Of a stretch of 64,000 bases of DNA, positions 47,680 through 59,475 are shown piece by piece. This stretch comes from Vicugna vicugna. Its lineage: Eukaryota. Below the pieces are notes generated by a model. The model worked only from the letters and a program-made list of their open reading frames with translations, did not search any database and was not told the DNA's origin. A program made the position numbers and the translations under genes. The number at the start of each line of letters is the position of its first letter. Within the stretch, counting starts at the first letter, position 1. The stretch covers positions 186,001 to 250,000 of the forward strand of contig MU058345.1 in NCBI GenBank assembly GCA_013265495.1, read 5' to 3'.

Positions 47680-49849
47680 TAAAAAGAAGAAACATGATTG
47701 AACATTTCCTGGTGTGTTTACCATTTCTAGCACTCTTCTTTCTTTTCCATAGATCCAAGCTTTTATCTAATGTTTATTTTCTTCAGCCAGAAGAAGTTCC
47801 TTTCATATTTCTCATAATGCGATCTTTTGGTGACAGATTCCTCAGCTATTATTTTCTGAAATAGCTTTTACTTTGCTTTCATTTTTGTAAGATATTGGCA
47901 GGATATAGAATTCTGATATGATGAATTGTTTAAGCACCATGAAGATGCTGTTCCACTGCCTTCTGGTTTCCATTGTGACTCTGATTTCTCAGCCTGTAAG
48001 ATGAGCTTTCCCCTTGTTTGCTTTAAATTCTTTTCTTTCTCTGTCTTGTTTAGAAATTTGAATTTAATGTGCCCTGGGGTGTGTGTGTGTGTGTGTGTTG
48101 GGGGGAGACATGAGAGAGAGACACTTAAGGTTCGTTGAGCTTCGTGAACTTGGGACTCCAGTTGTAGGTGTTTGATCATTTGACCTTTTTACATGGGGTC
48201 CCCAAGACCCTTTGAACTTCGACCTCTGTTCTCAACTCAGTGAGATTTCATGCTCTGCTAGGGCTATCCCTCCCTGTGATGTGATTTGAAATTTGCTTCT
48301 AAGCAGAAAGAAAGGGGACAGTCGTAGGTTTAACTGAATAAGTCACATTTACAGATGAACACTTCTGGGCCCAAACGAGTAACAGAGAAGCTGCTACTGC
48401 TGGGTGGAATGCAGCCCCACAAGCACTTGAAGCCCAAAGAGCAGACACTTGCTGCCAGGACCACCACACACCGCCACCTTCTAGGCTGGACACTGGACCA
48501 GAGGGAGAGCAGGGGACTTGGGGACTTGCCATCTGATCCCCTCACTATTGTGTTGCAGAACCAGCTGGAAGTTGTGCAACTTTCCCATAAGCTAGAGAAA
48601 GTTCTCCTGATTATATTAAGTGAAACTCTCCCCCGTTGTTAACAGTGAGCCAGGGCAATCGCTACAGAAGGGTATCCGCTGATGGACACAGAATGGAGAG
48701 AGGCCGTGCCTTTTATCTTTAGTGGCTTGTTTTCAGAACTTGAGGGACACATTTACAACTTCCTTGATCTGCTTGGCAGATGAACATCAACTAGAGGCTT
48801 TGTGAAAATTTATTTTAGGAGTTGAAGGGCTGTGGGCTGTGGGCTGTGGTGGAGTAGAACAGAGGTGAGCAACAATTCAAATACACAACTTGCTGTTTGT
48901 TGCCAGTACATGTAGAGCCGTCGTAAGGGGCCATTAGACAAGGCCAGTCAACCAAAACTGAAAAAGGGCCAGGTAACAGGACCAACAAGCTCTTCTGCCG
49001 AGGAGAAAACAATCCAATTTGCAAATGAAAGCATGAGGCAGGAAGTCTGTGATGTTTGTGGCGGATGGCTGAGAATCGCCTTGCACTCCATGCCTGCGTC
49101 CTGTGTAAACTGCAGCCCCTAGCACTGGGGCCAATGCATTTTGAGTCACTTGCTGTGACTGTATTGGAAAATGTATTTAAAATCTTGAAATGGATTTAAC
49201 ATTTAACACTGGCCTCCGATATCCCATGGACTATAATGAGTTCAGCTGGAAAGATAACTAGAAAATGGTTCAAAATCCATAAGTGAACATACAGTTGTTG
49301 GCAGATCGAAGAGACACAAAGCAAAAACAAAAACAAAAACAAAACTTAGATTAATGACTGTAATTCCAAACAGAATAGATAGAAATGGAAGAAAGTGGAA
49401 AGTTGCAAATATGGTCTGGATTTCAGATTCTAAATTTTAACAGCAGCAATGTCCTCACTGCAACATCCGCCTGACAATCTTTTTGTGAGAGAAGGACATG
49501 GACCTGGAGGAACTGCAACTCAAAAATGTGAAGGTGACTTGCAGCGAACAGTTTTTGGTAGCTGCAAAATTGCGTGTGCCGTTACGCACTTTTGACTTTC
49601 CAAGTACTGAAGATGGTAAAAAAGAGACAGGAAGTGGAGGTGAGTCTCACCACCACGATCAAGGGGAGTCCAACACAGATCAGGGGGTCAGCGGCATGAG
49701 CCCAGGCAGGGTGAGTGATGCAGGGATGTGGCGGTCGAGTGTCCTGCTGACCTTGCAGCCCTTGGAAAGCTGAGCAAAAGCATCCTTCTGTTGGGCCTGA
49801 AAGGCAGCTGAGAAGGCAAAGGGACCCTCAGGGCCCCTACACATGGGAA

Positions 49850-50560
49850 AAGAAGAGATAAACTTGTATCTTTTCACAGATGATACAACATACACCTAGA
49901 AAAGTCAATCAGCCCTGTTTGAAAAAAAACAAAGAACTTGAATTTATAAGGAAATTTTGTCATGTAGAAAAGATAAATATATGAAGATCAAAGGTATTCT
50001 TTCTATGAGCAGCTAGAAATAGAAATACAGAGTTCATCCCCAAAAGTGGCAAAAATAGAAGATACTCAGTAATGAATCTCACAGGCATGGTGTAGACCCC
50101 CATCTGAAGAAAGCCCTATACGTAGGGTCCTGTGAGTGACAAAAGACATGTTCTGAGTTAATGAAAAGATACACTCTATTCTTGTTTTAGAAGATTTAAC
50201 TTCATTAAATACCATTTAACTCCCCAGATGTATAAATTAAATGAAATTTTAAGTAGTATTAAAATGGTTAAATTGAAAAAAAAGACAATGGTGGGGGTAA
50301 GGGATCTGCCCTTGTAGATATTAAAATTCAGAGTCACTATCATGAAAATGCTATGGTAATAAACTTGACAAAGAGTTGAATAGAGGAGTAGAATAGAAAA
50401 GCAAGGGATAGAGCTCAGTATATGGGAATATCTGAGATGTTGTTCTTATCACTGCCAAAAAATTGTTACTGAGTAGGCTGACTGTCCATCTAGAAAAAAA
50501 TCATATTGGAACTCCACCTTATAGCATAAATATAAATAAATTCCAGATGTATTAAAGATT
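49850..50560 (+). mobile_element. Old L1 ORF2 relic
   Basis: cttttcacagatgatacaacatacacctagaaaa corresponds to the degenerate RT motif LFADDMIVYLEN, followed by A-rich L1-like sequence. Confidence 0.6.
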
Positions 50561-52821
50561 TATCTCTATTGCTGTAGTTTTATCTAATCTGTTGTTTCTA
50601 ACTGCTGCATAAGAAGGTGTCTGTCCACCACATGGCATCTGTCACTTTTCCTGCTGAGGGACCAAGTTACCACTGATACCCCACAGTGAAGATCCTCATA
50701 CTTGTTCCTTTACAGACAAGAACATAAAAGAGCTCTTTAAAAAAGTAATAATCTTTAGGATAAAGAAACCATTTTCTCACAAATGTACTGAGCATTAAAT
50801 TAAAAGAGATTAAAGACAAGGGGCATAGCCAAGCATCCCCCAATTCAGCAGAGACTAGGAATTGGAGCGTGAAACCAGCAGCACAAATGAGCCCCCATCA
50901 CTGACAGATCTGGAATGGACCGCCTCAAGGTGGGCTAAATGTTTCACAGTTCGCTTACAAGATAGGAATTAATTTACTCTCCTCTTGTAGCATGGCCATG
51001 GAAATGAACCGCTTTGGCATTGGAAGAGCAGCGACCTGTTTCCACCTGGGGGAGGAGGTGGGGATGCCCCATCCCTCCCACCCACACGAGCTACCCTCGG
51101 CTGCCACCACAGCAGAGCACAGTCTTGGGGAAGGGAAGACAGGTTGTCTCCCCCAAGAACAACTCATTATTCAGATAAACTAAGTGTAAGAGCTCCATGT
51201 GACCAACAATCAGAAACTGGAAGCCCCCCGTGGGGGACCCACCCCCCAGAGGGACAGCGTGCCACTACCTTGTGCGGAGCTGGAGAGCAGGAGGAGGGAA
51301 GAAACCAGATCAGTTATAGACAAAATAAACTATAATTTTCTTTGCAATTTGGCAACAATTTAAAGACAATAAGCGATTTTCTGGCTGGGATATAAAAGGA
51401 TGTAGAAAGATCTTTGTTTCCGTGGTAACGCCCCAAAATTTAGGTATTACTTGTACTTATCTATGAAACCGTTGAAGAGAGGTGGATGTGAGAAAATCCC
51501 AGATGGACTGCTTATCAGAGAGAGGAGCCTTTTACACATGACTGTCAAGCAGTGGCAGTTTCCGAAGGCGATGTTGGAGAAGAAAGCCTGCCAAGACCGA
51601 GACAGAGGAAAAGACCGGCAACGTGGGGACGGCTGGAGAGATGGGCATCTAGGAGACTCTTAAAGGCAGCAATGATTTACGTAAACTAATAATTCTTGGT
51701 GGCTTCCTGCTCCTGTTTGGCAGAGGAAAGGGCAGTGATGGTGGACCTAGAGAATATATATAAAATATATATAAAAGACTAGTCTCATGCATTCTCACAG
51801 TTGCCTAGAAAAAAGGGGCCTTTCTACTATGGATTCAAAAGATGGAACTGAAGTCCAGCCCCCACCAGGATCTGAGATTAAACCTTGACAGGATCACAGA
51901 AATTAGTCTTGGACAGGAGCCACTGTGGTGCTGGGAGGAAGGCTAACCAGAAAAAGGTCCATATTAAAAATTGCTGCCTTCAGCCCAGATTAACTTGCAA
52001 CATGGTGACATCTGAATAATCACTTCCTCACTTTAGCAGCCACTCATTGGACAGAGACTGCACACTCTCATAAACAAAAACAAAGAAAATAGTTGTATCA
52101 TTAAACCTCCACTGTTATCTATATATAATACAATTCAATATATCATAAAACATTGGGAGATATGTGAAGAAGTGGAACCCATAAAAACAAATCAAAAGAC
52201 TGCTCTGAAAAATAAAGTCTACTAATTAAAAAAAAAATCAAAAGAAACAAATCTACAGAAACCCAGATACCAGAATTAGCAGAAAAGCAGCTTAAAACGA
52301 GATTATAAATGTATTTGGCTCGTGGCACTACCTTGGGATGGCTCTGTCCCTCAGGTAAAGATCACTGTCCCTCTTGGAGAGGCTGACTCTGCTGGACTCC
52401 TTCTCATCCCGGGCTCCACTAATGACTCCCCCTCCGTGGTCATTAAGGTCTGCAGGTGGTCACAGATGACTGTAATAGGTAAACGATGGCAAAGCTGAGT
52501 AACTGAAACAGGAGGAGAAGTCACCTTGACAGGTTCTGATTGGGGAAGCACCTTGAGGCCCCAGAGTGAAGGAGTTCAGTCAGTTTATATCTATTCACCA
52601 AACAAAATGTATTTATATAATATTCCAGCTTTGAGACAAATAAAAAAAATTCCTTTTGGAATTTTTACTACTCTCAATTATAAGAAAATAGGCACACTTT
52701 GGAAAATAAAATTAAACTGTAGTTTCTCTATGCGTTATGCAAATTAGTGATGTGACTTTGGGACCTTTTATAAAAGAATGCCACCAAAATAAAAAAATAA
52801 ATGAAGTACTTGGAAAAAAAA

Positions 52822-53930
52822 GAATAAAGAAAGGATATTGTCACAGATCCTATTATTAATGGGATAAAGTGGGATTGCTATGAAAAATTTTATGCCAATA
52901 CATTTAAAAATGTAGATTGAAAGCAAAAACTTTAGAAACAGTTTGCTATAAGAAGGGATAAGAGATAAGAAGAAAAAGAGATAGGATATCCTTTATCTGT
53001 TCTTGCGATAAGAAGAAAAAGAACATCTGAATAGCTCAGTGTTAGTAACTTATTATAATAAATGTTAAATATTAAAAATAAAATACAGTTATAAAATATA
53101 TAATAAACATTAAAATAATTTGTTATTAAAAACCATGCCACAGGAAAACTGGCTCACAAGCCTTGTTGACTTCAATTAAACATTCAAAGAAGAACTACCA
53201 ATCTTAAATAAAATCTTTCAGAAAACAGAGAACGCAAAATTTCCCAGTTTACTTTGAGGCCAGCATCTCTCTACATGAAAACCTTAGGAAGAAATTACAA
53301 GAAAAGAAAATTACACACCAATATTTCTTAAGAACTTTGGCACAAAAATCTTTAACAAAACTTGACAAAATCTAGCAATATTATAAAAAGGTTACTATAT
53401 GTTCACCATGTGGGTTTTATCCTAGGTAAGGAAGATTGGCTTAATATTTGAAAATCAAACATAATTCCCCTCACCATGTTTAACAATATAGGAAAATAAT
53501 CAACAGATACAAATGAAAAATTGGAAATATTCAATACCTCTTTATGACAAAAACTCACTGTGTTTTTTTTTCTCTTCCCTAAAAACCAAGGATAAAAAGA
53601 AACTTTCTCGATTTGATAAAGGACATCAACAAAAACCTACAACTATGATTACACTAAATGGTGACATTATATGCTTTTCTTCTAAAGATTGAGAGCAAGG
53701 CAAGGATGTCTGTCCTCATCATTTGTATTCAACATCATAGTGTATGTCCCAGCCTTATTAATTAAAAATTAGTTTTGAAAATTACATCTTGGGAAGTGAT
53801 GGAAACGTTAGCTATCTTGATTGTGGTGGTGGTTTCATGGGTGTATGCATCTATCAAAATTCATCAAATTGTACATCTGAAATATGTGTAGTTTACTGTA
53901 CAGGAGCCATACCACAATAAAGGTGTCTTT
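52822..53930 (+). mobile_element. Old L1 ORF2 (RT region) and 3' end relic
   Basis: gaaaattacacaccaatatttctta...aaaatctttaacaaaa...aaaacctacaact...aaatggtga...caaggatgtctgtcctcatcatttgtattcaacat (RPISL..KILNK..QGCPLSP-like). Confidence 0.75.
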
Positions 53931-55139
53931 AAAAAAGAATTCGTAAGGCAAAAGAAAGAAATTAAAGCTGTAAAGACTGTAAAACAAGAAGGCTTTTTTT
54001 GTAGGTGATGTGATAGCCTATATAATAGAGAACATTTACTTCTGAGTCCAAAGTCTGAATAGTTAGTATACAGTTTGCAAAGTTTGTGGGAGAAACAAAC
54101 TAGAAATATAAATAAACCAATCTGGAACAAAGGAATATCAAAGGCTATCTCATTAAAATTATATCAATGAATTAAACTATTTTTGCTTTGCCTAAATTTT
54201 AAAATAGATACAAAAGGCAGCAAAACTAACACAAAATAAAATTTATAGTGGAGAAAACCGCATATAGTAACATTTAGATTTGTACAATTCAATCTGAGAA
54301 AATTGCATTTTGGTGGAAATAATGGCTACACAGGAAAACTCACAAAAGTAGAACATTCGGAGGTAAAATTCAACGTTTGATCTCCCAATTAGTTTATTTA
54401 ACATGTATAATTTTTTTTTCACATGAAAAATAATTGATTCCAATGAATAAGATTTTAATAAAATATACATAAAATTGGGAAAAATAGAATTTCTTTATAG
54501 TACTTTTAGAATAATGGAATTAAATTGGTTTAGTGGAATTTACTTGGTATATTTTCTCACAGATATTTTAATTTGAAGATTTAAGTAGAGGAACTCCCAA
54601 AAGCTGGCATAAATAGGACTTTTAGACTCCCAAGACATCGTAGGGAGCTTATTTAAGGCTGACTGTGACTATGGGAAAAAATATGGGAGAATTAGCCCAG
54701 AGTCAGATAAAATCCTTCACTTTCAGCAAAGTCTTGCTATTACAAAGCTGCCCACATCAATGTAGTTTAACTTACAAGGTACCAAAGTGAGTTTGCCTGC
54801 TCTTAAAATGACAGGTTAAGATAAGGGCCCAGCAGATGAACAGCTGTTACTGCAGGTGACTGTATATGCACCGCATTTTTGGTTCAGAATGGAGTGAAGC
54901 TGAGCCACATAGAATTTTCAGAGCAATTTCTTTTTAGACACCCCTAAAAGGCTGTAACTTGATGCCTGCCAATGTCTATATTTCACCACTAGATGTCACT
55001 GGGAGTTAAACAATTACTGAGCAGACCGTGGCATATTGGAAGGTTTCCATATTGCTCATAAAACCTGATAGTTTCAGACACCTCTTGTGTCCTGCCTCAC
55101 ATCTTCTCAGCCCACTATTTTCCCTCTAGCCATTGCTAA

Positions 55140-55625
55140 GGCAGCTGGTTATAGAACCTAACTTCAGCTGTGCTGCGTATTTTTTGCATTTTTGCACTAA
55201 GGCTTTTCTCCTGATGTGGTTGGGCCACCTGTGAGAAGCTGCTTATCACATTTGGATGCTCAAAACTGCAACTGTGGAGGAATTAACACACCATGGGGCA
55301 ATCCTTGACTGTTAGGGGACAGGGGTCATGGCTATGGGCTCCCCTCATATCTCTCAGGCTGACAACACAGGGACTGAATCTGCGTGACTGGTCTGAGGGT
55401 TCTAATTGCATCAGATGCTAGTTTTCCATAGTGAAGGTCCCTCTGATAACACATCATTGTGCTGGCTTTCTCTGTTTTCCTGTTGTACCCAGTGTCCCAC
55501 TCCTAATACCTGGTATCGTGTCCCAGAATAAACTCCTACCTATAAAGCTCCCCGTGTCGGAGTTTACTTTGACTTTCTCTCCTTTCCTATTTTAGATCTG
55601 CTTTCTGGAAGGAAGCTAAGAATAA
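55140..55625 (+). mobile_element. ERVL LTR (LTR16-like)
   Basis: gcaactgtggaggaattaacacaccatggggcaatccttgac...cccagaataaactcctacc...ggaaggaagctaaga. Confidence 0.55.
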
Positions 55626-55740
55626 CCCACAACCCTGATAAAGAATATTTCCAGCACCCAGAAGTCTCCTTCACGGCTCCACTTCTCAGTCTGTCCTTTT
55701 AAAGACAACAAATATTCTGATCTCTGTGACCAGAGTTTAG

Positions 55741-56761
55741 GTTTTTTTTTTTTTTAATTACAGTCAGTTTACAGTGTTGTGTCAATTTCTAGTGTACAGC
55801 ATAATGATGCAGTCATGCATATACATATGTATATTCCTTTTCATATACTTTTTCATTGTAGGTTACTACAAGATATTGAATACAGTTCCCTGTGCTATAT
55901 GGTAGACACTTGTTTATCTATTTTATATAGAGTAGTTAGTACCTGCAAATCTCGAAACTCCAGTTTATCCCTTCCCACCCACTTTCCCCTGTCGTAACCA
56001 TAAGTTTGTTTTCTGTGTCTGTGAGTTTGTTTCTATTTTGTAAATAGGTTCATGTGTCTTTTATTTTTTTTTAGGTTCCACATATGAGTAATATCATATG
56101 AGTATTTTTCTTTCTTTCTGTCTTACTTCCCTTAGAATGATGATCCCCAGGTCCATTCACATTGATGCAAATGGCATTATGATATTCTTTTTAATTGCTG
56201 ACTAGTATTCAGTTGTATATATATACCATAATTCTTTATCCAGTCATCTGTTAGTGGACATTTAGGTTGCTTCCATGTCTTGGCTGTTGTAAATAGTGCT
56301 GCTGTGAACATTGAGGTGCATGTATCTTTTTGAATTAGAGTTCCCTCTGGATAGATGTCCAGGACTGGGATTGCTGAATCATAGGGTAAGTCTATTTTTA
56401 GTTTTTTGATGATTCTCCATACTGTTTTCCATACTGGCTGAACCAAATTACATTCCAACCAGCAGTGTAAGAGGGTTCCCTTTTCTCCACACCCTCTCCA
56501 GCATGTATTGTTTGTGGACTTTTTGTTTGTTTGTTTGTGGATTTTTAAATGATGGCCATTCTGACTGGTGTGAGGTGATACCTCACTGTAGTTTTGATTT
56601 GCATTTCTCTGATAATTAGTGATATTGAGCATTTATTCATGTGCCTATTGGCCATTTGTATGTCTTCATTGGAAAAGTGCTTGATTAGCTCTTCTGCCTA
56701 TTTTTGGATTGGGTTATTTGTTTTTTTTTTTGTTATTAAGTTGTATGAACTGTTTATATAT
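55741..56761 (-). mobile_element. Relatively young 5'-truncated L1 with TSD, nested in an older L1
   Basis: ORF 56177-56632 gives the ORF2 Cys-rich C-terminus [15 protein letters not shown]...LPYDSAIPVLDIYP...WKQPKCP. T tail at 55742. TSD cagagtttag at 55731-55740 and 56762-56771. Confidence 0.92.
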
Positions 56762-57006
56762 CAGAGTTTAGTTTTGATTCTGTTTTTGAATTTTATGTAA
56801 CTAGAATCATACAATAAGACCTAATTTTGTGTCTGCCTTCTTTCACTCCGTGAGTGTTATTCATGTTATGGCATGTAGCAGTAATTTATTATTTTTCATT
56901 GCCATGTAGCATTCCATTGTATGAATATATCACAGCTTATCCATTCTTTGGTGGATGGATATTGGAATTATTTCCAGATTTTAGCTATGTTGAATAATAC
57001 TGTTTA

Positions 57007-57149
57007 TTTTTTGTTTGTTTGTTTGTTTGTTTGTTTTTGTGGGGAAGGTAATTAGGTTTATTTATTTTTAGAGGAAGCCCTGGGGATTGAACCCAGGTCG
57101 TTGTGCATGCTAAGCATGTACTTTACCACTTGAGCTATACCTTCTCCCC
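57007..57149 (-). mobile_element. tRNA-derived SINE (Vic-1-like)
   Basis: ggggattgaacccaggtcgttgtgcatgctaagcatg...gagctataccttctcccc. TSD gaataat(a/g)ctgttta at 56992-57006 and 57150-57164. Confidence 0.9.
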
Positions 57150-57802
57150 GAATAATGCTGTTTAGAACATTTTTTTGTGCATGCCTTTTGTGAACATTAA
57201 CGCTCATTTGTCTTGGGAATATACATATAAGTGAAATTGTCAGGTCACGGGTTATACATATTTTTTGCATTTAATAGATGCTGTCAAATAAGTTATTGTA
57301 GTATTTTACCAGTTTACCTTACATCTTCTCCACATCCTTACTCATGTTTGATATTATTAACCCTTTTAATTTTAACCATTCTGGCGGAGGTGTGGTGTAT
57401 CCAAGTGTTATTTTGGTTTGGGTTTCTCTGTTGACTAATGATACTTAACATATTTTTGTGTGCTTATTAGCTGTTTACATACACTCTTTTGTGTAGTACC
57501 AGTTTAAGTTTTTAGCTGTTTGTGTGTGTGTGTTTGTGGTAGGGAGGGGAGATCAATCTTTTTCTTACTGAACTGAAGTCCTTTGTAATTTCTATACACT
57601 AGTCCCTTGTTGGATATGCGTTGTGGACATTTTCTACCAGTATTTGGTTTACTTTTCACTCTCTTATAGTGGCATTTTGATGCAAAGAATTTGTTGTTAA
57701 TGGAATACAGTTTATTGATTTTTTTCATTATGACTATTATTATCTACTCTTGTAAATTATTTACCCCTGCCCCAAAGTCATGAGATTTTCTCCTTATTCC
57801 TT

Positions 57803-57990
57803 GATTCTCAAACTTGAGCAGGCATCAGAATCATCTGGAAGTCTTTTTAAAGCGCTTGCTGTTGGTACACAAACCTCCAGACTTTCTCATTATTTATGTC
57901 AGAGAAGAAGCCCAAGAATTTGCATTTCTTACAACTTCCAGATGGTGCTGATGCTGCTGATCTGGGGATCACAGTTTATAAACCGTTGTC
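57803..57990. mobile_element. MER5A-like element
   Basis: gattctcaaacttgagcaggcatcagaatcatctgga...cccaagaatttgcatttcttacaacttccagatggtgctgatgctgctg. Confidence 0.75.
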
Positions 57991-58649
57991 CTGTCTTATC
58001 TTTGAGAAGCTTAACTATTTTACTTGTTACATTTATATCTACCTGGACTTGATTTTTGTGCATGGTGTGAAAAAGGGGTAAATTTTTAACTTTCCAATGT
58101 TAATTAATCAATTAATAACACTGATATGCAGTACCAATTATGTGTAATTTAAGTGTCCATATATATATATATATATGGATGGATCTGTTTCTGGACTACT
58201 TATTCTGACCCTTTCTTCTGTAAGTCTATCTTTGTGCCTAATCGATGTACCAAAGTAATCTGAATTATTGTAGGTTTGTAATAAATCTTGATACCCACTA
58301 AAGTGACTCTTACCACTTTCTTTTTCTTCTTTAAGTGCATCCTGTGAAAGAAGAGGAAAAACATGTTTATCTTTGGGCTTCATAAAGAAAGGTCAGAATT
58401 ATTTATACATTTTAGAAAACAGAGATGTCTATTGAAATGTATACACTGGGGCAATGATCATTAATAAGAAAACAGTACAGAATTATAGACTTTTGGGAAG
58501 TTAAAGGTTACTTTGATAAGCCATAGCAAGAGTCTCTGAAGTCTAGATATTTATAAGTCCTCTGTTAAGAAGACACATTTGAAAGTCAGTAAGACTTTGA
58601 AAAGTAAAAGAGGTAAAATGAAGAAGAGTTTGAAAAGGGAATATTTCCA

Positions 58650-58915
58650 GTGTTATGGGATGAATTGTGTCTCCATAAAATTCATATGCTGAAGCCCTAA
58701 TGCCCAGTGTCTCAGAACGCAACTGAATTTAGAGATAGGGCCTTTAAAAAGGTAATTAAATTAAAATGAAGCTGTTAGACTGGCTCCTAAATCTAATCTG
58801 AATGATATCCTTATAAGGATCTTGGACTTGTGGCCTCTAGAACTGTGTAAATTTTTGTCGCTTGAGTCTCTCCATCTGTGGTACTTGTTACAGCAACACT
58901 AGCAAACTTAATACA
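58650..58915 (+). mobile_element. MLT1B-like LTR
   Basis: tgttatgggatgaattgtgtctcc...ttcatatgctgaagccctaa...gttacagcaacactagcaaacttaataca. Confidence 0.75.
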
Positions 58916-58962
58916 TCTGGTGTTGGCAAAGTTTTCTTCTGAAAGATTCATCAATAAGCAAG

Positions 58963-59475
58963 ATGTCGACTGAAATAAAATCACACAACGTGAGAGTTGT
59001 GAGTTAAGTTTTACTTGGGACAGAATGAAGACTAGAGCCGGGAGACAGCACCTCAGATAGCTCTGAGGAAGTGCTCCCAGAGGCAGGTGGGAACTCAGTA
59101 TTATATGCGATTTTAGTGAAGGAGGTGCGTGCGGTCAAGCACACACTGATGCAGAGGCTTGGTTCTAGTCACGAGGAGCAGATGTCACTATGAATGATTT
59201 TAGTGCTTTTTTAGATATGAAGAGATGCAAGAATTAGGGCTCATAAAATCTTCCCATGAAAATATCTAACTATCTGAGGGCCTGTTTTGCCAGTTTTCCC
59301 AGAGCACAGAGCACCTCGTTCCTGATCTCCACCTTGAGCGCCTTGCAGGGAGTGATGGAGGTCAGCGGCTGCTGTGGCTCATGATTTAATCCAAGCGGAG
59401 GTAGACGGCAAGTGCCAGCGTGATTCAGCCCTTCAATCCTTGTAGAGGCAGATGGCAAAAGTGCCAATTTTTACA
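58963..59475 (-). mobile_element. ERV solo LTR
   Basis: Begins tgtcgactgaa (reverse of the ttcagtcgaca end at 37140-37150), contains ggagacagcacctcagatagctctgagg, ends tttaca. Confidence 0.6.

Noticed and set aside
56177..56632. 151-aa ORF with a Cys-rich motif as a host gene
   Set aside because: It is the C-terminus of L1 ORF2 in a truncated, TSD-flanked insertion.
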